A stretch of 63,575 nucleotides of DNA, the filler included, from Globobulimina sp. (taxonomy: Eukaryota), in the NCBI GenBank assembly GCA_003354225.1. It is 19 parts of 19 records of this genome, joined end to end, with 100 filler letters (N's around TTAATTAATTAA, not from the genome) between each part and the next. Parts side by side here need not be neighbours in the genome. Positions count along the whole stretch, not along the records: positions 33,527 to 36,777 come from PIVH01003301.1; positions 36,878 to 40,127 come from PIVH01003302.1; positions 40,228 to 43,477 come from PIVH01003303.1; positions 43,578 to 46,827 come from PIVH01003304.1; 15 more parts are not named here. One strand, 5' to 3'. Positions within the stretch are counted from its first letter, which is position 1. Each line of letters begins with the position of its first letter. Below, piece after piece: positions 33,641 through 45,824 of this stretch. Position numbers and translations under genes: made by a program. Under the pieces are notes generated by a model. The model did no database searches and was not told where the DNA came from. It saw only the letters and a list, made by a program, of their open reading frames with translations.

Positions 33641-35017
33641 TTGAGTGCAAAAGCAAAGGCCACAATGCATGAAAATATTAGTTTGCAGACAGAATTGCAA
33701 GAGCTACAGATGGTTAATAACCAGCTATCTGTGAGGCAAATGAGCAAAGATAACCAGATAAAAGAGGCAGTTTTCAAACTCGAAACTATGAAACAAACCA
33801 TTACAAATTTAGAAAGCAGTATACATGCAATAAAAAAACAAAATGCTGCCAAAGTATTAGAATTAATGAGGAAAGACCAGGAAATGAGCAAACACATGAA
33901 AGCGCAGCAGATGCTTTTGCGTAAAATGAAGGCGGAGGAATCTAAAGATGATCAGAAGAATGATACAAATGTTATCGTTGCCAGAGCCGGCGGCAAATAT
34001 GTACGCAACGGGTTAACTTTACGCAAAGTTGACAAACAATGGATGAATTTGAAAGGCTGTTCATTTCATAAAAATGTGCAGTTATTCCAGCTTCGTTATG
34101 GTGAATTTGGAGCAGTGGACATGTCATACGATATGGAAAGTGTTGTTGGCAGAATGTATAAATACGGAGGTAGTGATAAGTGGAGGTTTGTGATGAGGTT
34201 TGAGGAGAGATTGAGATCGAAATATTGGATGGTTTGTGGTGACAGAAACAATGAAAGAATGTATTTGTATGGACATTTGGGAGAACTGATTGTTGTTTCT
34301 ACTCTGCGTAAAACAGTTGATGTGATACGGAAATTGAATAAAATTATGCGAAATGGCGGGAAATGTATTGTGGTGAATGGAAATGTTCATATTTTAGGGG
34401 GTTTGGGTGCTTCGTGGCATTTGTTATGGAATTCAAAAGTGAGACATTTGAAGAAATTGGCGATGAGTAAGGATATTGCAAACGGGTTGAGAAATAATTT
34501 ACATTTTGAGGCTGTTGGATTAGAAAAAAAAGGCATGTTATTGGTGTTTGGTGGTCGTATTGGTACAGTGAATAAAGACGATATATGGCAGTATACGTTT
34601 GGTGATTGTTCATGGCGGAAATTGAGTGTTCGATTGCCGTTCAAAATGCATTCGTTTAGTTGTGTGGTGACAAATGATGAGCGGTTTGTGTTGATAGTTG
34701 GTGGAATTAGAGGGAGTAACAAGAAGATGGATGATATATTTATATTGGACGTGGACACTATGTGTTTGCAAAGAAGTGAGATTAAATGTCCATTGCGCGG
34801 GAAATTACAAGTGTTGCTGATGGATTATACGCAGGAATATGAGCTATTGTTGAGTGGTTTGCTGAGAGAGAATATTGAGAATGTGATAGGACAGGATATA
34901 TTTGATATGATTATGACATGGACTGTGGCGAATGATGTTCATTTATTTGATTCAAATACTATTGATTTTGGTGCTATGCATTGGAGGATGAGTATTGAAA
35001 GTATTATTGGAGTGTAG
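33641..35017 (+). CDS. Coiled-coil plus Kelch-repeat protein
   Basis: N-terminal heptads; VHILGG, LLVFGG...DIWQY...W and VLIVGG...DDIFILD blades. Confidence 0.8.
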   Translation: MSAKAKATMHENISLQTELQELQMVNNQLSVRQMSKDNQIKEAVFKLETMKQTITNLESSIHAIKKQNAAKVLELMRKDQEMSKHMKAQQMLLRKMKAEESKDDQKNDTNVIVARAGGKYVRNGLTLRKVDKQWMNLKGCSFHKNVQLFQLRYGEFGAVDMSYDMESVVGRMYKYGGSDKWRFVMRFEERLRSKYWMVCGDRNNERMYLYGHLGELIVVSTLRKTVDVIRKLNKIMRNGGKCIVVNGNVHILGGLGASWHLLWNSKVRHLKKLAMSKDIANGLRNNLHFEAVGLEKKGMLLVFGGRIGTVNKDDIWQYTFGDCSWRKLSVRLPFKMHSFSCVVTNDERFVLIVGGIRGSNKKMDDIFILDVDTMCLQRSEIKCPLRGKLQVLLMDYTQEYELLLSGLLRENIENVIGQDIFDMIMTWTVANDVHLFDSNTIDFGAMHWRMSIESIIGV

Positions 35018-35172
35018 TGACTTTTGATCATTATCTTTTGTTACATATGGTGTTAAATTGTTTTTTTGCTGTTGCATCTATAACTTCTTATTCGAATTCA
35101 ATTTCTTTCGATTCTATGTTGAATATTTTTGACCGCTAGCTTTAATTTTTTGCACTACGATTATCAGAATAG

Positions 35173-36606
35173 ATGGGAGGGCGCACGTTCAAGATAATAC
35201 TAATTTTAATGGTAATTGCAATGTTATTATTAACAGCCATTCATATAAAAAAGACCAAACATCGTTTATGGTACAGGAGAACATATAGAAAATGGCAGCA
35301 ATGGACATATCAAAACAAAGGCAAGACAATTATTATCATATTTTGCATATGCTTGTTGTCAATGTACTTATTAAAGCCAAAGCACCTTACAAGGGCTCCC
35401 AAATTATCTTTGCCGTTAAAGAGAGTCAACTGGGAATACCCTGCAATAAAAGTAACTATCCATAAACACAAGAAATCAATCACAACAACATTAATATCAA
35501 AGGATTCTTATCATTCAACGGAACAAAATGTAAACGATGCGGAGTTATTTAAAAAAACAACATTAATTATGATGTGTTATCAACACCATGAGGGACTATT
35601 TGATTTATTAAGAATGTATGGTACCGGTTCATACAATTCTGTGTTATCTCAATTTGTGTTAATTTGGAATAATCCAACAATACAATTTAATGCAACGATG
35701 TTGGTTGAAAACACGTTAAAGAATACTGATTTATTGATAGATATTGTAATCTATCAACAAAAACAAAATAGTTTAGGTATGATACAAATTAAAATGTCAA
35801 TATTGCTTTAAATACTGTTAAATATATCTGATTGAATTGACATTTTAATCATAAATTGTATCAAAGCTAATCGTTGGATGATTGCAAAATATCATTCATT
35901 TACAACCCAATCTGCGATGTTTATTGATGATGATATTTATGCGTCAGTGGAGAGAATAAAATGTTTACTAAATGTATGGAATGCAAATAAAAACAAGATA
36001 GTGTCTTCCGGAGGATATCGATCATTGCAACCTACAAATTATTCAAATTATAATGTTAAAATGCATAATAATATTACATATCCGTTTGAATTCCATTTTA
36101 AATCAGTACATGATGGGATGTTTAATTATTTATTGCCAGGATGGGGAATGACTGTCGATATAGGAAATATATTCAAATTATCAAATATGTTATTACAGTA
36201 TCATTTATTTGATATTATTGATGGGCAAATCGGTCATTGTGATGATATAGCCATAGCATTAGTGTTTGCTGTGATATTTGGTGAAGACCAAGCATATTTT
36301 TATGGCATTGATGAATTCCGTATGGATACAAACGAAACAAAAAGATCAAAAGTACAGCAACCAACAGATTCTGGTAATTATGCGTTAAGGAAACTAATAC
36401 GCGATGAATGTCTAAACTTATTATTAAATCAGTTGCATGACTATGGATTAGATTATATACCGATTTATAATCATTCCATAGCAAAAGATACAATAAATTG
36501 CAATGAAATGAGTATGGAAAATACAAATAATGCGTTGTATTGCCCACTGTCTGCGTGTTATATATATGATGAGGAAGCTGTCGAGCAGCTGAAACTGGAC
36601 AAATAA
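35173..36606 (+). CDS. GT64 (exostosin/EXTL2-like) glycosyltransferase, 2 exons (intron 35777-35866)
   Basis: N-terminal TMs, VLIWNNP, NSLANRW across the splice, FIDDD, HCDDIA, R..CLN. Confidence 0.8.
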
Positions 36607-36877
36607 ACATCTCAGCAATGACCTACGAATTGGTCAAGGAATTTTTTGAGATGGGCTTTAAAGGTCACATGCCAGCGAAGTACAAAGGCTTACTTGAAAT
36701 GCATAATATTGAAGGCATCTTACCTGAGATATCAAGTGAAGGCAAAGGCTTGTTCCCTAATAACTAAGGATCGGCTTNNNNNNNNNNNNNNNNNNNNNNN
36801 NNNNNNNNNNNNNNNNNNNNNTTAATTAATTAANNNNNNNNNNNNNNNNNNNNNNNNNNNNNNNNNNNNNNNNNNNN

Positions 36878-37129
36878 TGTGCCAGATTTTAATCTATCTG
36901 CAAAATGCCAGGCCGGATGAAAATAACGACACTCATTCTTTTTCATGAATGAACAGCTTTGATAATATCTGCAGACTGGATGCCAATTCCCGCATTCTCC
37001 TGTTTTCACCGCAGTGCACATATTACCAAATTGACACAGAGGAACTAATTGTGGCTCTGGTTGGAGTGTATAATCATCATCACTATCGATACCTGAATAA
37101 GAATAAGAATATCTTGGATCATAAGCCAT
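36878..37129 (-). CDS. CCCH zinc-finger protein N-terminus, truncated
   Basis: CQFGNMC-x6-CGNWHP and CRYYQSC-x6-CRYFHP. Confidence 0.65.
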
Positions 37130-37712
37130 AGGAAACACGCACACAGATTAAAAGTAGCTTAGAGCGAAAACAACAGCTTAGGTTAAAAACGGTGCTTGAT
37201 AATTGAAACTCTGTTAGTTTACAAACTTATACAGATAAAGGATCGTTTGTTTATCAGTCATCATAATTATAATGGATTACCAGTGTTGTTGGCATGTCTA
37301 GCAAAATATGATCGTATCTAAGCATCAATGTCAGTCACATTTTAGTGTATCAACTTTATATTCATTATTGTTTTATACTGCATGTGTGAAATATTTCTGA
37401 TATTGTAGGATTATGTTGCATGATTTGCATCTTCTGTTTGGTGAATTGTTGGGCATTTAATACACTAATCATAATGTGTATAAAATGATTACATGCAAAT
37501 AGATTGTGGAAATTAAACCAAACAGTAAGCGAAATTCAACAACACTGATATTGCTTTGACTATAAGATGATAATAATTATCTGTATATGTTATAAATACA
37601 CATCAGACCATAAGCGCGATCTTTGACGTTGGGATGTAATCTCAGGCAGTGTTCAGAAATTTTGAATAAAGTTTTCTTTTTACTAGTTTGGAATCCAGTG
37701 TAGTTCAAGAAT

Positions 37713-39023
37713 ATGAGCAATAACAATTTTAACAGGAATACAACAAACAATTCATACAGACAAAGAGTTGCCAGAAGATATAAATTCAAGCATCACTCCC
37801 GTAACAAACATGGTGGATTTAATCATTTCCGAACAGAGCGAGGATTTGTCCCACACCGAAATTGTAAACAATTTCAAAAGAAAAAAAAGAAAAAAAATAC
37901 AAACCATAAAAAAAAAGTTAAAAAACATAATAAAATGGTACAAAACAATGCAGTTCGGCAACATATAAATTACTTCGAAGCACCACACAAATTAATACCG
38001 ACTCATTTGATACCATATTTATTAGATGTTGGAGATTATTCGCAAGCATTTTATTATCAAGATTTTGGCGATATTCATTCCAAAAGTATTGTTTATGTCA
38101 ATTGTGGCGATTGCAATGAATCTGGACAACCGAGGTTTGTTTTCATTGTCAAATACGAAATTGCTTCAGATTCTTTGTGTAAAATAGCGAAATTTTCATG
38201 CAATGCATATTTTGATGGATGTCCGATTGCTGCGATGGACCAAAAGTCGCATGTTTTACATTTAATTGGTAATACAAACCAAGATAATAATAAATGGTTA
38301 ACATTCTCTCTCAAAACAAATAAAATTATTTCATTTAAACGTTTATCTTTTGCAGAAAACATAAAAATACCAATTTCGTTTTTGGTAAATACACATTTTA
38401 CAGCCAATCATAATAATAATGATATTTTAAATGGTTTCTGCAGTGACATCATTTTAAAAGACAAATATCCACAAAGCAATTATAAACGATACTTATATGC
38501 GGGTAAATTACATCGGTTATTGCGATTTGGTGGGGAAAATGGTGCGGATGATAGTGTGCAATATATTGAAATTGATGAAAATAATGAATTTGAATGGAAA
38601 TATTATGATTTTTGTTTACCGGGCACTGCATTATCAATGCATTTTATTATTGGTTATGGGCATTTATTGTATGTATTTGATGTCCGTGGCGGTGGAAACG
38701 GTAAAATATGGATTATTGATTTATTATTTTGCGGTAATCGGATTGAGCGAGCAACAAAGAGTTTGGATACATGGTTTATGTGGGATTATTGTATTAAAAT
38801 ATCTACAAATTATGTTAAATTCATAAATAATTCACGATATGGCGAGTTATTGCTCTCTTTGGGTGATATTATGCCGCAATCAATGATAAAATATTATGAT
38901 AATAAAAGTAAAGCATTAGTAAATGGATATTGTCGTCAGATGATTAGTTATTATTCTTTTTTTGATTCATTTCCTGTTTGTTTAATGGGATTAATTTTTT
39001 CATTCTATCAACCTTTTTTTTAA
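37713..39023 (+). CDS. Kelch-like beta-propeller protein with a basic low-complexity N-terminus
   Basis: LHLIG, LLRFGG and LYVFD blades. C-terminal LVNGYCRQ...FP..L..LI motif resembles the end of 33641-35017. Confidence 0.65.
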   Translation: MSNNNFNRNTTNNSYRQRVARRYKFKHHSRNKHGGFNHFRTERGFVPHRNCKQFQKKKKKKNTNHKKKVKKHNKMVQNNAVRQHINYFEAPHKLIPTHLIPYLLDVGDYSQAFYYQDFGDIHSKSIVYVNCGDCNESGQPRFVFIVKYEIASDSLCKIAKFSCNAYFDGCPIAAMDQKSHVLHLIGNTNQDNNKWLTFSLKTNKIISFKRLSFAENIKIPISFLVNTHFTANHNNNDILNGFCSDIILKDKYPQSNYKRYLYAGKLHRLLRFGGENGADDSVQYIEIDENNEFEWKYYDFCLPGTALSMHFIIGYGHLLYVFDVRGGGNGKIWIIDLLFCGNRIERATKSLDTWFMWDYCIKISTNYVKFINNSRYGELLLSLGDIMPQSMIKYYDNKSKALVNGYCRQMISYYSFFDSFPVCLMGLIFSFYQPFF

Positions 39024-39086
39024 TTACTAACCTAACGTAATGAAACATTTTGTACTGTCGCAGCAGTGAAGTGCAAGGAGAAGCAG

Positions 39087-39680
39087 TCAAACTTTGAAGA
39101 GCTGTATTTCTGAATCATTATCTAGCTTTTTTAAAACTATTTCGTTTGGATCAGGAAACATTATTTCCAATGTTTTATCCCATTTATCCATCATATTTCG
39201 ACAATATAGAACATATTCATACGATATTGCTCCAAATACAGTCCAAAAAGAGCATGTTAAACATCCTATAAATAATATGAAGATTTGCATGGAAAATAAC
39301 AACAACGGCGATAATGTATGGTCATTACCAACATTTACATCCGTGTCAGTGTCATAGTCACTGTTTGTGTCCGTATCACTATCTTTTTGATTTGTGATAT
39401 GTTGATGCAATATGGTGAGATTTAGTGAATTGTGATCAGGATTAATGTACAACCAATATATAGCAGATCCCAAAGTAAATGTTGATACAAATACAACAAT
39501 TAATATATAAATTTGGGTCCATAGCACCTTGCAATCTTTATATGATGTCATACAACACCAAGCACGCACTTCGGAAGGTGCTTCACGTATTTCCCGGGGG
39601 ACCCACCTCTGAAATGAATATGGGACTCCAACCCGCACTGCTTCTGCTGATTCTTCCTTTTGTTCATATTGCTGTGACAT
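39087..39680 (-). CDS. Two-TM hypothetical membrane protein
   Basis: Two hydrophobic helices separated by an Asp/Thr-rich loop. Confidence 0.5.
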   Translation of the reverse strand: MSQQYEQKEESAEAVRVGVPYSFQRWVPREIREAPSEVRAWCCMTSYKDCKVLWTQIYILIVVFVSTFTLGSAIYWLYINPDHNSLNLTILHQHITNQKDSDTDTNSDYDTDTDVNVGNDHTLSPLLLFSMQIFILFIGCLTCSFWTVFGAISYEYVLYCRNMMDKWDKTLEIMFPDPNEIVLKKLDNDSEIQLFKV

Positions 39681-40287
39681 TATTAAACAATTTTCGTCAT
39701 TTGATACAAAAACTTCTTACTTTGTCACTTGCTCATTTTGCTTGACTTTTGCGTTGTTGTATTCAATCAGTCTGAATCAGATAACGTTTCTATTGCTCCA
39801 CAAACCTTACAAAAGTCGGCGTAACACAATCTGAATTTTAATAGTACTGTACAGCATACGCATAAATGGCATAATAACAATATGCTCGCTTAACATTCAA
39901 CAACCAAAATACAAACCATCTGACAACCAATATTTCAGAAAAAAATAACATATAAAAAAAAATAGATACATTAATTAATTAAATTAATATATAACTTACA
40001 AGCTTCAAAATAGTTCAAATAAAAAAAAATAAACAATGCGCATGCAAACGACAACCGAAAGAGAAACAAAAAAAAGAAAAATAATAAGTATTATGTATAA
40101 AGGTAAGAAGAGTATTATATAATAAAANNNNNNNNNNNNNNNNNNNNNNNNNNNNNNNNNNNNNNNNNNNNTTAATTAATTAANNNNNNNNNNNNNNNNN
40201 NNNNNNNNNNNNNNNNNNNNNNNNNNNCGGAATAGGGGAAACAGACAGGAAATGGGGGAAAACGGAACACCCCATGTATGAATGTAC

Positions 40288-43133
40288 CTGAAGTATCGCT
40301 TGATTATCGCTATTAGTATATGAGCCAAACGCGAACATGAAATCACGACGATTTGATTCCTTCTCACAATGTAGCTTGAAATTCTGGAAAATCTGCACCA
40401 ACTGGGCGATACAACTTTTCTTTGTAACAGACTAAAAATGAGCTTTTATTTTAAGTTAAAATCTTGGAGCAATCAAACCCCGGATTTCCAACATATGGTT
40501 TAACAAAAGAAACGGCGCTAACGATTTGTTTGAAATGTTGGTAAATAATGGTGGGCATAGGTGTGGTTGGTCGGTCGGCCGGGGTCGGACCTTGCACAGG
40601 TTGGACTATTTCTTGAGCCGATTGGCCGATTTGGGGGTAATCCCCCCCATCCCCCCTACCACACCTATGATGGTTGGAAATCCATAGTTTTATTTCATAC
40701 AAGGGACATAAAATTAATTCTTAAATTACTTGTTTAAATAATACAATTCTTTCTCTTAACTGTCCGACGACAACTTCGCGAACTGCAGATGCTATTCCTT
40801 GCAAAGGTTGGGAGACGTAATATTGAGTAACAAATTCCTTCACTTTGGTTGATGGTGTGAATTTGCCATCTCGCTTCAAAAACTCGATACATAATTGATA
40901 AGTCACTTGGTGAATGGTCATCAGGTCACCAAAAGTTGGTCCACTAAGACTCACAAGAGTTTTTGTCTTCTCGTACTTGTTACGTTCCTACAAAAAAACA
41001 ATAATAGTATTAGGTAGGCATTATAGTGAGATGAAACATTTTGTAGTTCCAAAAAATATTTCCACCAAAAAAATCATCAAGCATGTAGCCCATTTTCCAA
41101 GCCCTCTTAAATTTAAAAAAACTTAATCTAATGGCTTGAAAGTTGTTGAATCAATGTCAAGACCAAAACTACTATAATAACTTAATTTAAACAACTGGGA
41201 AAGCATCCACAAAGGCCAAAAGTAACCCCAATTGACAGAACAGACGGTATCGTGAATCGTGATATCGATCGATGGTCGATAGGTGATATCAATTTTCACA
41301 TAAGATTTTTAAACTGACACCACACACACACACAATCTTACCGATGAGTCCTTTGCAGATGGAAACTCGGATGCACAAAATTTGTTGTAGGCAGTGTCCA
41401 AATTCTTCTCAATCGTTGACGCTGGTACCGGTTGATCTAACTTCTTGGGGTCCAGTTCACATTCAGCTAATAAAACTCGTCGCAGACTCAATACATAATC
41501 ATAATACATGTTCTCCATAGCCATAGGCATCCTAAAACAGTCAGGGTTCATACAGATCCAGTGAAATCAAATTTCGGTACCAAACCTCGCCAAAACAGAA
41601 GCCAATCAATTTACCTGTTATCCTCTCGGGCGAGTCTTTTTATTATCAATGGTGTCAGAGTAGTTGGCTCACCATCAGGAATAGGACTTTTCGCTTCGGT
41701 TGCATAAACGGTAACCGAACAACGGTAAACATTCTCATTCAACTCGTTGAGAATTTTACCATAATCATCTTTGTAATCCTTGTGTAAGATTTGACGGAAG
41801 GCCTTTCGGCGATGATTACCACCAAGTAATTCGGGCTTAACCACATCAGCTAACACAAAAAATGTAATGTAGGTGTTTAATAATAATTAATATGTACGTC
41901 AGCCGAAGGGATAATGTGGGGCCGGCACTACAATTTAATTAAACAGGTACTACAATATGACGTTTTTGTAGTGCAAATGTGCAGAATATGGTAACTATTT
42001 ACTATACAACACAGGCACTTACCACCAGAAAGTTCAGCATCGGGTGGGGGTTTTGGACCGTCAAGTGGGTACTGTTTCAACTGATTTGTCACTGTTAGTC
42101 GGTGAGTTTTTTGAAACTTTTTCACAGTACCATTATAGAGGGCAACCATATTTGGCATGTGACGTAGAATGTTAGGTTGGTCATAAATTGCTTTAACAAG
42201 AGCATCCACTCGTTGCATTTTCACATCTCTGTCTACGTGTAAGGGGCTTGGGTCACGGAGATTATCAATATGCGTCGAATATGTGCCTATAAAGAAGATA
42301 CAAGAAACCATAGGTGTAGTTGGTTTGGTCGACTTCCCAAGCCTTGTTAGATTGCTATCCAAAGGTGACTAGTGTTTTCGAGTAAATTAAATAACAAATT
42401 AAAATTAAATTGTTTTGGGGCAAAATAAGCAAGTAAATAACTAATTAATAGCAAGTTAATTAAATCGTACCATGGGATAGCAAATTAATAACAAATTTAA
42501 TTGATCTCAAAAAGTCGGAAAAATTTGATAGGAATTTGATATAAATGTGATAGGAATTTACTTGGTTTCACCTATTTTTTGTTGATAATATTGAATCAAA
42601 TAAAGAATTTGGAATTTTCAACCAAAATAAATCCGAATTTCACTTAATTTAATCATTGCTTTCAAGAAACAGATAATTTAAGTAATAAAATTAACACCAA
42701 GAATTGAAATTCAATATTTATACAAAAGTATTTGTAGAAATTTTAATATAGCTAATTAATAGCAAGTTAATTTCAAAATAAATTTACTTGGAAACACTAA
42801 AGGTGACAGAAAAACAAATAAACTCGTTGTCCCGACCCCATCAGGCTTGAGGGGTCTGGACAGATGATTATTATCGCCTCACCCCACCGTTTGTTACACT
42901 AAAATTGGTGACAAGAAAAGGCTACCGAATCGATCGCGCTTCTAGTAGGTAGTACCCCCATACAAGCGGATTTGAACAATTTGGGGGCAAAGTCGAAAAA
43001 ATTGCACTCACCACAGTGATGACGATTTGTCGACTCATTGTATTCTATGTCGGCGTTCTGTAGCATATCGGCAGTCATGCTCTTCTTGCTTTTGAACTTT
43101 TTCGGCTTTTCCGGAGTGGCATTCTTTTCTTGC
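40288..43133 (-). CDS. Multi-exon ParB/sulfiredoxin-like domain protein, partial at both ends
   Basis: Exons 43133-43012, 42286-42023, 41849-41615, 41531-41342, 40987-40730 and 40431-40288 all join in phase with GT-AG ends. DRDV...VDALVKAI...PELLGGNHRRKAF...VTVY...LAREDN. Confidence 0.65.
42370..42799. mobile_element. 430-bp hAT-like MITE inside an intron
   Basis: 8-bp TSD AAGGTGAC (42362-42369 and 42800-42807). 19-bp TIRs TAGTGTTTTCGAGTAAATT / TAGTGTTTCCAAGTAAATT. Confidence 0.85.
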
Positions 43134-43320
43134 CTAAAAAATTAATCAATCATTAAATCAATACCAAATAAGTAAGCAAACCATTTAAAGTTTATTTGCA
43201 CATGCATTATGACATACATACAGTGTAGGTGTGGTTGGTCGACCATGTTGGGAGCGACCCCCCCCCCCGCCAGGGGGAAACGATGATGCCAACCGTGGGG
43301 GTGTGTGGTGGAATTCTCCC

Positions 43321-43411
43321 AATCCACTTCTCCCCAGGCCACTTCTCCCCAATCCACTTCTCCCCAAATCCACTTCTCCCCAATCCACTTCTCCCCAGTC
43401 CACTTCTCCCC
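43321..43411. repeat. Six-copy 15-16-bp minisatellite with core CCACTTCTCCCC
   Basis: Cores start at 43324, 43339, 43354, 43370, 43385 and 43400. Confidence 0.9.
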
Positions 43412-43606
43412 AAAAACTTATTTTTAAAAAAAATATGTCTTAATGAAAGTTTGTTTCAAAATATTCGGTTTATTTCANNNNNNNNNNNNNNNNNNNNNNN
43501 NNNNNNNNNNNNNNNNNNNNNTTAATTAATTAANNNNNNNNNNNNNNNNNNNNNNNNNNNNNNNNNNNNNNNNNNNNATAAATAAATACAAATCAACACA
43601 ACTTAC

Positions 43607-43757
43607 CGAAGACATTCACACAATATGCTTGTGCGTCATCCCAACCCATAAGAAGTTCAACATATACAAAAGAAGAACCAACTTTCGTATGCGGTCCATC
43701 GGGGAGTTTTGCAGCGAACATAATTCCCATGAGGCAAACAAAAAGTACTAATTTCAT
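43607..43757 (-). CDS. First exon of a secreted C-type-lectin-like protein
   Basis: MKLVLFVCLMGIMFAAKLPDGPHTKVGSSFVYVELLMGWDDAQAYCVNVF+G|gtaagt; signal peptide and W.DAQAYC motif. Confidence 0.65.
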
Positions 43758-44050
43758 GATGGCAGGTAATCAGAGTATGATCCAGGTATTACTGTTCCGA
43801 AATGGTGTTTTAGTTTAGGGTTTTTGTGTAGCTCACATCAAGAAATTCATTAAATTTAATCTTAGTGTGCTAGGGGCAAATGAAAACGCATAATGTCAAC
43901 AAACAAAACCCATACCAATCCTTGCACAAAATTGAATTGTATGACGTTCCATTCGCTGCGATTTCGCGTATAAAATTAATTTAATAGTTAAAAGATTAAC
44001 GACTATGCACATAATACTTATAAATAATAAATATAAACATTAAAAAAAAA

Positions 44051-45289
44051 TTAGTTATCGATAAGGGTTTCTGCCAATGTCAACACCGCAGCGAGTTGTT
44101 CTTGACCAGCCGGTATTATATTGCTTGCCGGCGGATTAAAGCCCGGCCCTCTGCCTTCAAAACAAAAACTAACAATCCCCGATGACCAACCAAAGTCATC
44201 CGAGCCCCCCGCCGCTGGATACAAATCAGACGCAGACATTGATCGATATTGCTGTCCATGCACCTCATAAATAGCACTTTGTAGCTCAGCGCCCAAATTT
44301 ACGAAAAAATCCAAATACGGCTGTTCCAAAGGCGTACTCGTATACCCCCACGGATACAAAATCATCGGTCCAGAAGTATGCATATCTATGAAAGCACTGA
44401 TATTATACGCCGCATCCGTCATAAATCCGATAACCGCCTCCGTTTCTGGCTCACTGTACGGCGCTGTACCGCAATAAGTGTCGCTGCTGGGATTGGAGGA
44501 GGCGCCCACACTGCACCACGTACCCGCGGGTCCGTCATAATTTCGATTCAAATCCACTCCAAAGGTGCCATCATTGTTATTCCTGCGGTTTTTTCTCCAC
44601 ATTCGCTCGCTGGAACCGATCCAGCTGTAAATATAACCGTCGATGTTGACTGTGGGAGCAATGTAAATATTGATGTTGTTTAAGATGTTGGTGATACGCG
44701 CATCGGTGCCATAGCCTGCTGTCAATGCGTTTAATATGTACATAGTGGCGCTGTTGGCCAACCACTCGCGAGCATGTAATACCGCTTGGATATAAAAGCC
44801 TGGTTTCTCCGCATTGCTCGTAGATAATGTAAATACGGGGATCGCTCTGCCTTGAATGGTTTCGCCCATATAATGGCGAGATATGACGCTGGGATATGTA
44901 AATAGCAAATAATCGAGAAACGCGACATATTCTGGCCAGTTTCTGTATTCTTGGAAGAAAATATCAGGGAGCATTGGAGCGGCCCATTTTGTTCGGTTAT
45001 CGATTCGAGCTCGTTCTCTACGAATAACTGGTTCAACGTCAGGGTAAATTAAATCAAATGATGTTATCATATCTGTTTGGGATATTGTTAATGCTTTGGA
45101 CTCATCGATGACTACGTTGAGTTGGACAATGTCTTTTGTGTTGTTTTTGTATTGTACGCCGAATATTTCATCTTGTGTAAATAGGGCGGGTATGTGTTTA
45201 CGATTTAACGTTACTTCAACATTCACCTTTTTTGCGGTGTTTAAATGCAAAATGCAGAGAAAAAATGCAGCTAATAACGGATATTTCAT
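44051..45289 (-). CDS. M14A zinc carboxypeptidase with signal and propeptide
   Basis: HAREW, WRKNR, GVDLNRNY, DMHT, LYPWGY, FCFE. Confidence 0.95.
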   Translation of the reverse strand: MKYPLLAAFFLCILHLNTAKKVNVEVTLNRKHIPALFTQDEIFGVQYKNNTKDIVQLNVVIDESKALTISQTDMITSFDLIYPDVEPVIRRERARIDNRTKWAAPMLPDIFFQEYRNWPEYVAFLDYLLFTYPSVISRHYMGETIQGRAIPVFTLSTSNAEKPGFYIQAVLHAREWLANSATMYILNALTAGYGTDARITNILNNINIYIAPTVNIDGYIYSWIGSSERMWRKNRRNNNDGTFGVDLNRNYDGPAGTWCSVGASSNPSSDTYCGTAPYSEPETEAVIGFMTDAAYNISAFIDMHTSGPMILYPWGYTSTPLEQPYLDFFVNLGAELQSAIYEVHGQQYRSMSASDLYPAAGGSDDFGWSSGIVSFCFEGRGPGFNPPASNIIPAGQEQLAAVLTLAETLIDN

Positions 45290-45824
45290 GTTCTAGATCT
45301 ACTTTTATATCAAAGGATAATGGAATATTGGGATATTTGGTTGAGGTATTGTGTGGCAGTGGATGCGGCCCTGACTGACTGACTGACTCAAGCGAATGAA
45401 GAATTAAAATGATCACCTCATAAACTCCCATATTGAAGTATTGATTAATAGTACAATATAGATCTACTTGAAGCTGAATAATAAACAAATAAACATTACA
45501 ATTAATTTTATACATTACAGTATATATACAACAATTACAATTATATAGAAGAATACGATAATAATAAATGCAAAAATCCTTATAATAGCTATAAACTATT
45601 TAATAATTCATCAAACAATATCACATTTGAAAACGCAAAATGTGCTTTTTCAGATGGAACATCATATTGATGCACAAAATCTCACAAAACAAACGAAAAA
45701 AGAATTAAAATTAATACATAATAAACACGCAAAAAGAAACAATAAAATAATTTAATGCTAACAAAACAATACGAGGGGAATGCTATCATTGCTATATCAC
45801 TGTATCATATTTTAACAATCAACG

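Noticed and set aside
43142-43525. ORFs with WGEVD, GRSGL or PNPLL repeats
   Set aside because: Translations of the 15-16-bp minisatellite in several frames.
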